64,000 bases of DNA from an uncultured Acidobacteriota bacterium (GTDB lineage: Bacteria; Acidobacteriota; Thermoanaerobaculia; UBA5066; DATFVB01): NCBI GenBank assembly GCA_963813155.1, contig CAWEYG010000005.1:96001-160000 (forward strand), read 5' to 3'. Within the stretch, counting starts at the first letter, position 1. Every line of letters starts with the position of its first letter. The translations under genes were made by a program, and so were the position numbers. The notes below the pieces were generated by a model. It had not been told where the DNA came from. It was given only the letters and a program-made list of their open reading frames with translations, and made no database searches. This document shows positions 29,872-39,783 of this stretch, piece after piece.

Positions 29872-30972
29872 TTACGGTTTCCCGTTCGGGTAGAAGACGA
29901 CTTTCATCGCCTCGCGGGAAGCGAGAAGCGTCTGCGCTTCGTGGAAGCGGTCGAGGCCTTCAAACTCGTGCGAGACGAAGTCATCGACTTTCAGGCCGGC
30001 CCGCAGCAGGTCGAGCATTTTCACCCAAGTCGCGAAAACCTGCCGGCCGATGATCGCCTTCATCGTGACGCCCTTGTAGATGAGGTCGCGCGAATAGTTC
30101 GAGATCGTCACGGCGTTCCCCTTCGGGAGGCCGAGCAGCGAGATCCATCCTCCCGGGCAGACGACTTCCAGCCCGAGATTGATCGAAGCCTCGGCGCCGG
30201 AAAGCTCCAGGACGACGTCGGCCGCGCCGCCGAGGGCGTCCCGCAGCGCGGCGGCCGGCTGGACCTCGGCGCGCAGGTCGATGGCCGTGACGTTGCGAGC
30301 TCCGCGGTCCTTCGCCCAACGCTTCGCTTCGGCGATCGCGTGCTCGTTGACGTCAGTGATCGCGATCGATGACGCGCCCGAGATCCGCGCGATCTCCGCG
30401 CAGAAGGCGCCGATTGGCCCGAACCCCAGGACGGCCACGGACCGGCCGGACAGGTCCGCCACCTGGGTCGTGTGAACCGCGTTTCCAAGCGCGTCGAGGA
30501 AAGCTCCCACCTTCGGCGGAACGACGTTGCGGTCGAGCGGTACGACGTTGTCCGCCGGGACCTTCACGTACTGGGCGAAACAGCCGTCGCCGTCGAGGCC
30601 GAGAATGCGGGTGTTTTCGCAGACGTGCCGCTCCCCTTTTCGGCACGGCCGGCAATGTCCGCACGTGACGTGCATTTCCGCGGATGCGTAGGTACCGAGC
30701 GAGAGCGACGGGCGCTCCGCCCCGGAGCCGAACGCGACGATCTCGCCGCAGAATTCGTGTCCCGTGATCCGGGGGGGCGAAACCCGATGCTGGATCGAGG
30801 GATCCCAGTCGTAGATGTGGCGGTCCGTTCCGCAGACCGCCGTCGCAAGGACCTTCAGCAGAACTTCTCCCGGGCCGGGGTCCGGAGTGGGGACATCCAG
30901 GATTTCTGTCGCGTCTCCTCCGGCGGCCGCCCTCGTCTTGACGACCGCCTTCATCGTCGAAGGAATCTTCAA
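29872..30972 (-). CDS. tdh: L-threonine 3-dehydrogenase (Zn-dependent)
   Basis: CGTDRHIY.W, GHEF, EMHVTCGHCRPC...C, LGNAVHT, GRQVFATW; near kbl. Confidence 0.88.
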   Translation of the reverse strand: MKIPSTMKAVVKTRAAAGGDATEILDVPTPDPGPGEVLLKVLATAVCGTDRHIYDWDPSIQHRVSPPRITGHEFCGEIVAFGSGAERPSLSLGTYASAEMHVTCGHCRPCRKGERHVCENTRILGLDGDGCFAQYVKVPADNVVPLDRNVVPPKVGAFLDALGNAVHTTQVADLSGRSVAVLGFGPIGAFCAEIARISGASSIAITDVNEHAIAEAKRWAKDRGARNVTAIDLRAEVQPAAALRDALGGAADVVLELSGAEASINLGLEVVCPGGWISLLGLPKGNAVTISNYSRDLIYKGVTMKAIIGRQVFATWVKMLDLLRAGLKVDDFVSHEFEGLDRFHEAQTLLASREAMKVVFYPNGKP

Positions 30973-30990
30973 TGCCGCGCCTCCCGGAAT

Positions 30991-32350
30991 TCAGTCACCC
31001 GCTTCATCGTCCCGCACGAAGGCTCCGGCATCGTCGCGGTCGGCGACGTCCACCGGGTGAACGTACTTTTCGACGTGCCGGCGCGTGTCGCCGGCCTTCA
31101 GTTTTTCGAACAGGAAGTCGAATTTCGCCTCGAGATCCCGCGAGATCGCGTCTCTCGTGCCGACCGGGAGCGTCCACAGGGCCTCCTTGAAGGGACCGAG
31201 CGCTTTCTTTCGCGCTTTGTAGAGAAACTGTTCCTGCGTTTCGCCGGTCTTGCGCTCGTCGGCGGCGTTGTCGTAGAGCCATCGGTAGATCGTCTCTCGC
31301 AGGAGGCCGGGAAGAGCCGGGTGGTCGAGGATCATGTTCTGGAACCCCGTCGCGAGGTGGATCTCGGCGGCCTCCGCTCGCGGGAAAAGGCCGAAATCGC
31401 TCTCCGGCAGCGTCGAGGCGCCGTGCTGGACCGCGCCCGCGAGGCCGAACTCTTCGCGGGCGATCCGCGAGATCGCTTCGATCGCCGAAAAATCCACCGA
31501 CATTTTCTTCAGGCTTCCGTCGGGCGCGACCATTCCGCCGTGGGCGGAACCTGTTTGAATGGACACCTTCGCGATTCCCTTCTCCCCGGAGAGGTTTCCC
31601 GAGTAGCCGCGCATGTAGGCGCGGAATTCCTCCGGGGTCGAGTTCTCCTTGCCCACCTCGCCGATCTCCCCTCCGATGGAAATGGCGACCTCCCGGGGCT
31701 GGTGGCGGCGGATATAGCGGGTGAAGTGGGCGCAATTCTCGTAATTCGGCCGTTGCTGCTCGTCGACCGTGGGCTTCGAGAGATCGACGAGCGTCGACGT
31801 GTCGATGTCGATCTGATAGAAACGCGCGGCGATCGCCTCCCGGATGAGATCCTCGATCGCTTTCACTTCCCTCGCGGGATCCGCCTTCATTTTCTTCGCG
31901 TTCGTCTGGAAGTGATCGCCCTGCAGGAATACCGGGCCGGTCCATTCTTCGCGCAGGGCGGCGGCCAGGATGACCGCGGTGTATTCGGCGGGCCGCTGGT
32001 CGGTGTACCCGATCTCGCTGCGGGCGATCTCGAAGATGAAGGCTCCCGCCGAGATCCTCTCGGGCGGTTCGAAAGACGGCGCGCGCGCAGTCGTAAGTGA
32101 GAGCCCGGAGGTTGAGCGCAGGAACGGTGAACCCGCCGATCTCGCCCCGGCCGCGGGCCTCGTAGAGGGGCAGGATCGACGCCGGAAGGATGCCGCGATC
32201 GGCCGCGAGACGGCGGATGCGGGCGCGCGCGGCCCGCTTTTCCGCTTCCCCTTCGAAGACGGCGCTCCAGACCAGGTTGTCGACCTCGCGGGCGCCATAG
32301 CGGAGCTCGCCGACGGAAAGCGGTTCCTTCGACGCCTCGATCGTGCTCAT
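30991..32350 (-). CDS. class II fructose-bisphosphate aldolase-like protein, frameshifted at ~32058
   Basis: FTVPALNLR in the first frame; then FEIARSE, QGDH, DIDTSTLVD, GEIGEVG, TGSAHGG, VQHGASTL, EIHLATGFQ. Confidence 0.85.
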
Positions 32351-32412
32351 CGTGCTCCTCCGATTCCGGATTCTATCCGCCCGGGAAAACGGGCGCTTGC
32401 CGGCGGCCGGAT

Positions 32413-33383
32413 TCAGGGCTTGCGGAAATTCTCCTCGCTCCACGGAATCGAGACGTTGATCGTGTACTCGCCGCGGCGCTTTCCGGAGAGACGGCGCGAG
32501 ATCGCGAAAGTCCCGGCCGGGGTGATCTCGGCAGGAGTGATCGTGACGCTCTGCTCGTCGCCGCTTTCCATCGAGATGATTTCCGTCGACAGGTTCTTCA
32601 GGTTCAGGCGCAGGGGATGCTCGAGTCCCGCCAATCCGATGACTTCCGCCGCGAACGAGGTTGAGTCGCCCGTGTGGATGATCGGGCGCGGCGGGGTCAG
32701 TCGAAGGCCGACGGTGCGAAAATCCCCCGAAACCCTGTCGGTACCGTTCTGGAATTCGATGCGGGTTTTGCCGATCGGGTCCTTCGGAACGTCGAAAATG
32801 CACGCACGCGGCGATTCCGCGACGATATGAGCCGTCAGGCCGCCGATCGTGACTGAAGTTTTCGTGAGATCGCCGTCGAACGGGCCGACAACGAGCGCCC
32901 GGTTGAAGACGAGGCCCTCGCTTCGGCAGGATGAAGCTCGGGCTGTTGAGAAGCGTCGTCACTTTCGGGAACCGACAGCGTTTGGCTCGGAGATCGCCTT
33001 CGCCTCCAGCTCGAGGGTCAACCAGGAGCCCGTCGACCGGAGACTCCGGGGACAGACGAAGATGCCCATGTCGACCCGAAAAGTCGCGCCGCAGATATCG
33101 ACGCTCAGCGACTGCAGGGCCGCGTTGTTCGCGGCGCGCTCGGGCTCTTTCGTTCCCTTCGGGAGCGTCGCGAAGGTCCCCGAAATGTGATCGCCGGGCG
33201 CCATGTCGCTCGGAAAATTCGCGTAGACGTTTCCGAGGTTCGTTCCGAAATTCGCGGAAAGGACTCCCGGGCCGATCTCCACGATGCGCGACTCGATGAG
33301 GATCTGGGGAGTCGGTTGTCGAGCCCCCTTCCATACGCGAAGACAGGCCACATCAAAGCCGCCGACATCCACGCTCTCTTCAT
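32413..33383 (-). CDS. secreted hypothetical protein, broken by several frameshifts
   Basis: RBS AAGGAGAGG before MKRAWMSAALMWPVFAYG (signal-like). Consecutive frames give beta-rich segments (GPFDGD..., VAESPR...). Confidence 0.5.
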
Positions 33384-33453
33384 TCGGAACCTCTCCTTAA
33401 TGCTATCAAGGGAACAGGTTTCTGCTACGCTTCCCTTCCGTCCGGAGGGAACC

Positions 33454-33867
33454 TTGATCCGACTTTCCCGGCAAATCCATTTCAACGCCTCCCGCCATCT
33501 CTGGCGTTCCGACTGGAGCGAAGACCGAAATCGTTCCGTGTTCGGCGAAGAATCCCCCCACGGATACGGGCACAACTATCGTCTGGAGGTGGAGATCGCG
33601 GGCGAGATCGACCCGGAGAAGGCGATGGTCGTGAACCTCACCGATCTCGACCGGATCCTGAAGGAGGAGGTCGACCGCCCCCTCGACCACCGGAACCTCA
33701 ACCTCGACGTGCCCGGGTTCGAAACGACGATTCCGACGTTCGAGAACCTCGCGCGGTGGATCTGGGAGCGCGTTTCGGCGCGGATCGAGAAAGAAAAATG
33801 GCCCTGCCGCATTTCGCGGCTGCGGCTCTCTCCGACGCCGGAGATCACCGTCGAGATCGAGGAGTGA
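33454..33867 (+). CDS. 6-pyruvoyl/6-carboxy-tetrahydropterin synthase family protein with an atypical active site
   Basis: RBS GGAGG before TTG; GHNYRLEV, MVVNL.DL, LDHRNLN, PTFENLA. Confidence 0.8.
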   Translation: MIRLSRQIHFNASRHLWRSDWSEDRNRSVFGEESPHGYGHNYRLEVEIAGEIDPEKAMVVNLTDLDRILKEEVDRPLDHRNLNLDVPGFETTIPTFENLARWIWERVSARIEKEKWPCRISRLRLSPTPEITVEIEE

Positions 33868-33868
33868 G

Positions 33869-34819
33869 GTGCGCTACCTCCAGGTTACCGCCTCGCCCGC
33901 CGGCTATTCTTCGCATCTCGCCGAAGCGGCGCTCCCGTCGCCCTCGGCGGGCGAAGTCCTCGTCCGCGTCGTCGCATCCGGCTTGAACCGGGCCGACCTC
34001 TCGCAGATCGCCGGAAAATATCCTCCTCCGCCGGGCGAGTCGGAGATTCTCGGGATGGAGATTTCCGGAACCGTCGAGGGAACAGGCGAGAAAGTCTGCG
34101 CGCTCCTGGCGGGCGGCGGCCACGCCGAATACGCCTGCGTTCCCGCAGGCCAGCTCCTGCCGGCCCCGAAATCGCTCGACCTCGTGTCCGCGGCCGCCAT
34201 CCCGGAGGCCTTTCTCACCGCGTTCCTGAATCTTCGGATCGAGGGCGGGTTGAAGGCCGGCGAACGCGCCCTGATTCACGCAGGCGGTTCCGGAGTGGGC
34301 CTCGCGGCGATTCAGGTCGCCAGGCTCAGCGGCGCGGCCGTCGCCGCGACGACCCGAACGGCGGGCAAGCTCGCCAGGCTCGAGGAGGCGGGCGCCGAGC
34401 TCGCGATCGACACGTCGGCCGGGCGCTTCGAGGACGCGATCGAGAAACGGTGGGGGAAAGACGCGATTTCCGTCATTCTCGACCCCGTCGGAGCCTCGAC
34501 GCTCGCGGGAGACCTTGCGGTGCTCTCGGTCGGGGGCCGGGTGATCGCCCTCGCGACGATGTCCGGATCGAACGCGGAGCTCGAGATCGCCCTGCTGATG
34601 AAGAAACGAGCCCGCCTGATCGGTTCGACACTGCGCTCCCGCTCCCGCGCGGAAAAGGCGGAGATCGTGCGCCGATTCTGCGAGGAGGTGCTCCCCGCTT
34701 TCGACACGGGCGCGCTGTCGGTCTCGATCGATTCGATCTACCCGACCGAGCGCGCCGCGGAAGCGTTCACCCGGATGCGCGAGAACAAGAACATCGGGAA
34801 AATCCTGATTTCCTGGTGA
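33869..34819 (+). CDS. NAD(P)H-quinone oxidoreductase, PIG3 family
   Basis: GLNRADL.Q..GKYPPPPG...ILGME; IHAGGSGVG; GSTLRSR. Confidence 0.92.
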   Translation: MRYLQVTASPAGYSSHLAEAALPSPSAGEVLVRVVASGLNRADLSQIAGKYPPPPGESEILGMEISGTVEGTGEKVCALLAGGGHAEYACVPAGQLLPAPKSLDLVSAAAIPEAFLTAFLNLRIEGGLKAGERALIHAGGSGVGLAAIQVARLSGAAVAATTRTAGKLARLEEAGAELAIDTSAGRFEDAIEKRWGKDAISVILDPVGASTLAGDLAVLSVGGRVIALATMSGSNAELEIALLMKKRARLIGSTLRSRSRAEKAEIVRRFCEEVLPAFDTGALSVSIDSIYPTERAAEAFTRMRENKNIGKILISW

Positions 34820-34848
34820 CGAGCGCAGCGAGAGGATCGCCTCGCGAG

Positions 34849-35289
34849 CTATGCTCGCCGGTGGTCCGCCCGCCAGTTCTTGACCCGCTTCTTGACTTCC
34901 TTCCTCGCGAGCTTCTCCGAGACGGCGGCGCGTGCGAGCTCGGCGAGCTCGGCATCGGAAGCGAAGCGCAGCCCGATCAACTGGTCGTCCGACAGCTGGG
35001 TTCCGGCGTCTTTGCCCGCCGCACCGATTACTTTTTCCAGCCGAAGTCTTTCTTCCAGCCCGATCAGCCGATCCTGCACGGCAAGCGGATACAGGCGCGT
35101 CTTCAGAGTGTTGATCGCGAGCGCGAGCGCCACGACGACGATCACGCCGCTCTGGGGAGTCGGATGCCGAATGACGTGGATGATCGAGTAGATCGGAAAC
35201 AGCAGCAAGAGCACCGGGAGCGCGAAGAAATGGAAGATCGGGTCCCATCGGGCGTGATTGGCAAAACTCTGGGATTTCGGGTCGCTCAT
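34849..35289 (-). CDS. conserved membrane protein (DUF6526-like)
   Basis: QSFANHAR...FHF; QDRLI.LEERLR; QLIGLRFASDAEL; WRADH.R. Confidence 0.7.
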   Translation of the reverse strand: MSDPKSQSFANHARWDPIFHFFALPVLLLLFPIYSIIHVIRHPTPQSGVIVVVALALAINTLKTRLYPLAVQDRLIGLEERLRLEKVIGAAGKDAGTQLSDDQLIGLRFASDAELAELARAAVSEKLARKEVKKRVKNWRADHRRA

Positions 35290-35380
35290 GTTCAACTCCT
35301 TATGACTTCGCCGGCGATCTTACCGGATAGAGCCGATGGAAGAGAAAGAACATTAGCGCGCGAACCGCAAAGCGCGAGCG

Positions 35381-36856
35381 ATGTTCCGTCCGGAGGAGTA
35401 CTCTCGGCGGGTGAGTTCCCCCGGAATCGGCGGACCGATCGCCGATCCTTCGTCGATTCGGGCGCTCTTCGAGCGCCACAGTCTGGCCCTTGCCCGCGAA
35501 CCTCCCTCGACGGCGAGGGAGAGGATCGAGAAGCTCGAACGGCTCGGGCGAGCCATCGAATTTTCGAGAAACGAGATCCTGGCGGCGGTCCATGCCGATT
35601 TCCGGAAGTCCCCGGCGGAGGCGCTGTTGTCCGAGATCTTCGTGGTCGCGACCGAGATCCGCAGCGCCCGTCGTTCGTTGAGGCGGTGGATGAAACCGCG
35701 CCGGGTGCCGGGCCGCCTCTCCTATCTCGGAGGCCGCGGCGAGATCCGACGGGAGCCCCGGGGCGTGGTCCTGATCCTTTCGCCCTGGAATTTTCCGTTT
35801 CAGCTCGCGGTCGGGCCCCTGGTCTCCGCCGTCGCCGCCGGAAACCGGGCGATCGTGAAGCCGTCGGAGTTCACTCCTCGCACCTCGGCAGCCTTGAAAA
35901 AGATTCTGGCGGACGTCTTCCCCGAGGACGAGGTCGCGGTCGTCGAGGGAGACGCGACCGTCGCCCAATCGTTGCTCGAGTTTCCGTTCGACCACATTTA
36001 TTTCACTGGAAGCGCGTCGATCGGCCGGAGAGTTCTCGCCGCTTCCGTCAAGCATCTCTCCTCCGTCACGCTCGAGCTCGGAGGCAAGTGCCCGGTCCTC
36101 GTGGACGAGGGGGCGGATCTTCGCGAGGCGGCGAAGAAGATCGCGTGGGGAAAGTTTCTGAACGCGGGCCAGACTTGCGTCGCGCCGGACTACGTCGTGA
36201 TTCCACGACCCCGGCTCGACGAATTCGTCCGCGAGATGAAGTTCGCGATCCAGGATCTCTACGGGCCCGACGAGGGGATTTCGACCAACCCCGACTATTG
36301 CCGGCTTGTCGACGCGCGTCATTTTGCGTCGGTTCGGGGCCTGCTCGACGATGCCTTGAGATCCGGCGCGAGCATCGTCGCGGGCGGCCAGGTCGATGCG
36401 TCCGACAACTTCGTCGCCCCGACGCTCGTCACCGGCGCCGGCGCGGACTCCCGCCTGCTTCGGGAGGAGATCTTCGGGCCGGTCCTGCCGATCGTCGCCG
36501 TCGAAGGGTTCGACGGGGCGATCGAATTCGTGAAGAGCCTCCCGCCTCCGCTCGCCCTCTACGTTTTCAGCCGGGACAGCGCCCGCATCGCGGCGGCGAT
36601 CGACCGGATTTCGTCGGGAAGCGTTCTCGTGAACGACGTCGTCAGCCACTTCTGCCACCCCGATCTCCCTTTCGGCGGGATTCGGGACAGCGGACTCGGG
36701 AGGTCCCACGGCGAGGCGGGCTTCCGGGAATTCTCGCGCGAGCGGGCGATCTTCCGGCAGCCGAAGCGGACGATGATGGGGCTTCTCTACCCGCCGTACA
36801 CGGCGACCACGAGAAGACTCCTCGGCCTTGCGGTCCGCTTCCTTTCCGGACGCTGA
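35381..36856 (+). CDS. aldehyde dehydrogenase (ALDH3 / fatty- or coniferyl-aldehyde type)
   Basis: PWNFP, KPSE, FTGS, LELGGK, NAGQTCVAPDY, EEIFGP, LPFGG. Confidence 0.93.
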   Translation: MFRPEEYSRRVSSPGIGGPIADPSSIRALFERHSLALAREPPSTARERIEKLERLGRAIEFSRNEILAAVHADFRKSPAEALLSEIFVVATEIRSARRSLRRWMKPRRVPGRLSYLGGRGEIRREPRGVVLILSPWNFPFQLAVGPLVSAVAAGNRAIVKPSEFTPRTSAALKKILADVFPEDEVAVVEGDATVAQSLLEFPFDHIYFTGSASIGRRVLAASVKHLSSVTLELGGKCPVLVDEGADLREAAKKIAWGKFLNAGQTCVAPDYVVIPRPRLDEFVREMKFAIQDLYGPDEGISTNPDYCRLVDARHFASVRGLLDDALRSGASIVAGGQVDASDNFVAPTLVTGAGADSRLLREEIFGPVLPIVAVEGFDGAIEFVKSLPPPLALYVFSRDSARIAAAIDRISSGSVLVNDVVSHFCHPDLPFGGIRDSGLGRSHGEAGFREFSRERAIFRQPKRTMMGLLYPPYTATTRRLLGLAVRFLSGR

Positions 36857-36912
36857 TTCTGTCTCGCTCCGGCCGAGGGGCGGGTTAAGATCCGTCCGCA
36901 GGAGAAACGATC

Positions 36913-38454
36913 ATGACGAGTTGGAAACAAGCCACGGCGGCGGTGTCGATCCTTTTCGCGCTTTCTCTGTCGGGCGGGACGTCGCGGGCGCAGGACGGAA
37001 AGGGCGACGAGAAAAAAGAAGAGAAGAAGGACGCGCCGAAGCCGGCGCCGGAAACCAAGCCGGTCGTCACGCAACACGAAATCCAGCTCGGCGGGAAGCC
37101 TCTCCGTTACACCGCGACCGCCGGCTATATGCCGATGAAGGATGAAGAGGGCAAGCTCAAGGCGAACATCTTTTTCGTCGCCTATACCCGCGACGGAGGC
37201 GATTCCTCCCGCCGCCCGGTGACGTTCGCCTACAACGGGGGACCCGGTTCCTCCTCCGTCTGGCTTCACCTCGGCGCCCTGGGTCCCAAACGAGTCGCGA
37301 TGCAGGATGAAGGCTGGGCGCTTCCTCCCCCGTACCGCCTCGTCGACAACGAACAGACCTGGCTCTCGTTCACGGATCTGGTGTTCATCGACCCGGTCAC
37401 GACCGGGTTCAGCCGCCCCGCGACCGGCGAGAAACCGGAGCAGTTTCACGGCCTGCGGGAGGACGTCGAGTCGGTCGGCGATTTCATCCGTCTGTACACG
37501 ACGCGCTACCACCGCTGGGCGTCGCCGAAATTCCTCGCCGGGGAGAGCTATGGCACGACGCGATCCGCAGGGCTCGCCGGCTATCTCCAGCGCCGACAGG
37601 GCATGTACCTCAACGGGATCACGCTCATCTCGACCGTGCTGAACTTCCAGACGCTCGAGTTCAATCCGGGAAACGACCTGCCGTACATCCTGTTCCTTCC
37701 GTCCGAGACGGCGGCGGCGTGGTACCACAAGAAGCTTCCGGCCGACCTGCAGGGGAATTTCGACGCGGCGCTCGCGGAGTCGCGAAAGTTCGCGGCGGGC
37801 GACTATTCGCTCGCGCTGCTCGCGGGGGACCGGCTGCCGGCGGAAAAGAGATCTGCGGCCGCGAAAGAGCTTTCCCGGCTCAGCGGCATCTCCGAGAGAT
37901 TCATCGATCAGCACGACCTTCGTTTCACCGAGGGCGAGTTCTTCGCCGAGCTTCTCCGGGACCAGGGGAAGACGATCGGGCGTCTCGACGCGAGATTCAC
38001 GCGTCCGCTGCTCACCGATTCGGAGCGGGAGTTCGGGACCGACCCGAGCTACGAGGCGATCTACGGCCCCTACACGGCGCTGCTGAACAACTACGTCCGC
38101 GAAGATCTCAAGTACGAAAACGACCTGCCCTACGAGATCCTGACGGGACGCGTTCAGCCCTGGAAGTTTCCGGAGGGGCAGTACGCCAACGTCGCGCAGA
38201 CCCTGCGCGACGCGATCGTTCAGAACCCGGCACTTCACGTTTTCGTCGCGGCGGGATATTTCGACTTTGCGACGCCGTTCTTCGCCGCCGAGTACACGAT
38301 CGACCACCTGGGGCTCCCTCCCGCGCTTCGGGGGAACGTGTCGCTCGACCACTTTCCGGCGGGGCACATGGTCTACATCCAGAAGCCTTCGCTCGACCGT
38401 CTGACGAAGGACGTCGAGACGTTCTACTCCACCGCGAACTCCGGCAAGCCCTGA
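36913..38454 (+). CDS. secreted serine carboxypeptidase, S10 family
   Basis: Signal peptide; YNGGPGSSS, FIDPVTTGFS, GESYGT, GHMVY. Confidence 0.92.
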   Translation: MTSWKQATAAVSILFALSLSGGTSRAQDGKGDEKKEEKKDAPKPAPETKPVVTQHEIQLGGKPLRYTATAGYMPMKDEEGKLKANIFFVAYTRDGGDSSRRPVTFAYNGGPGSSSVWLHLGALGPKRVAMQDEGWALPPPYRLVDNEQTWLSFTDLVFIDPVTTGFSRPATGEKPEQFHGLREDVESVGDFIRLYTTRYHRWASPKFLAGESYGTTRSAGLAGYLQRRQGMYLNGITLISTVLNFQTLEFNPGNDLPYILFLPSETAAAWYHKKLPADLQGNFDAALAESRKFAAGDYSLALLAGDRLPAEKRSAAAKELSRLSGISERFIDQHDLRFTEGEFFAELLRDQGKTIGRLDARFTRPLLTDSEREFGTDPSYEAIYGPYTALLNNYVREDLKYENDLPYEILTGRVQPWKFPEGQYANVAQTLRDAIVQNPALHVFVAAGYFDFATPFFAAEYTIDHLGLPPALRGNVSLDHFPAGHMVYIQKPSLDRLTKDVETFYSTANSGKP

Positions 38455-38455
38455 T

Positions 38456-39433
38456 TCAGCGCGGGAGCGACTGCCCGAACGGCGGGCGGTGCACCCCTCG
38501 TTCGGTGACGATCGCGGAGATGTACCGCGCGGGAGTGACGTCGAAGGCGGGATGGCGCGCCGAGACGCCGGCCGGCGCGACGGCGACTCCGGCGATGGAG
38601 GTGACTTCGCCGGACGAGCGTTCCTCGATGGGAATCCCCGATCCGTCGGCGATCGAAAGATCGAGCGTCGTCATCGGCGCGGCGACGTAGAACGGCACGC
38701 CGTTCTCTTTCGCGAGGACGGCGAGGGAGTAGGTCCCGATCTTGTTCGCCGTGTCCCCGTTCGCCGCGATGCGGTCCGCGCCGACGATCACCGCCGAGAC
38801 TTCCCCGCGCGAGAGAAAGTGCCCCGCCATTCCGTCCGTGATGATTTCGACGGGGATTCCGTCCCGCTGAAGCTCCCACGCCGTCAGGCGCGCGCCCTGC
38901 AGGAAGGGACGAGTCTCGTCGGCGAGCACGCGGATTTGTTTTCCGTCCTCGACCGCGCCGCGGATGACGCCGAGAGCCGTTCCGTACCCGGACGTCGCGA
39001 GCGCGCCCGCGTTGCAGTGCGTGAGGACGGTCGCGCCGGTGGAAAGCAGCTGCGCCCCGTGCCGCCCGATCGCGCGGCAGGCTTCGATTCCCTCCTCGGA
39101 GAGTTTGCGGGCCTCTTCCGGGAGGTCTTTCCGGAGCGCGAACGCCCGTTCCATCCGCTCGACCGCCGCGAAAAGATCGCGGGCCGTCGGCCGGGCGGCC
39201 CGGATCACCCGCGCCGCATTCGCGAAGCTCTCGTCGCCGCTTCCGGCGAGGGCCATGCCGAATGCCGCGGCGGCGCCGATGGCCGGCGCTCCCCGGACGG
39301 CCATGTCGCGGATCGCGGCGGCGACCTCCTCGGGCGTCTCGAGCTCGAGCCAGACTTCCTTTCCGGGCAGCAGGCGCTGGTCGAGAAGCTTCAGCTTCCC
39401 CGCTTCCCAGTAAAGCGGGCGGAAGAGGTCCAT
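38456..39433 (-). CDS. mtnA: S-methyl-5-thioribose-1-phosphate isomerase
   Basis: [56 protein letters not shown]. Confidence 0.95.
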   Translation of the reverse strand: MDLFRPLYWEAGKLKLLDQRLLPGKEVWLELETPEEVAAAIRDMAVRGAPAIGAAAAFGMALAGSGDESFANAARVIRAARPTARDLFAAVERMERAFALRKDLPEEARKLSEEGIEACRAIGRHGAQLLSTGATVLTHCNAGALATSGYGTALGVIRGAVEDGKQIRVLADETRPFLQGARLTAWELQRDGIPVEIITDGMAGHFLSRGEVSAVIVGADRIAANGDTANKIGTYSLAVLAKENGVPFYVAAPMTTLDLSIADGSGIPIEERSSGEVTSIAGVAVAPAGVSARHPAFDVTPARYISAIVTERGVHRPPFGQSLPR

Positions 39434-39466
39434 GCGAGGGATCATAAGGCGAATAGAAATTCGCTC

Positions 39467-39591
39467 GGCCGACGAGGGTCCTGTCATGGGAGTCGCCCCG
39501 CTTTTCCGCTCGCTGCGAATGTGAGGACTTTGCTACGACTCCGCGCCGCGAGCGGCAAAAGGGGGTCTCCTCCCATGCCACCCTTCCGGCC
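39467..39591 (-). repeat. ~120-nt structured hairpin element, copy 2
   Basis: Reverse complement aligns with 29749-29870, with compensatory stem changes. Confidence 0.8.
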
Positions 39592-39783
39592 TTCGCTCAG
39601 GTGGGGGCTCCGCCTCTGAGCAAAGATCCGCGAGGGTCCGGGTCAACGCGCCGGCGCAGGCTGGTCTCTGAGATCCCGAGGGAAAGCGAACTGCGGCCGA
39701 GGGTCGAAGAGACTTGCCGAGACCGGCGCTGGGGCTTGACCGCGAGCGGATCGAGCGAAGCTCCCTGCGCTAAGATTCGCCCG

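Noticed and set aside
39467-39591. SAM or other riboswitch upstream of mtnA
   Set aside because: No SAM-I/II consensus is visible, and the homologous copy lies antisense in an unrelated context.
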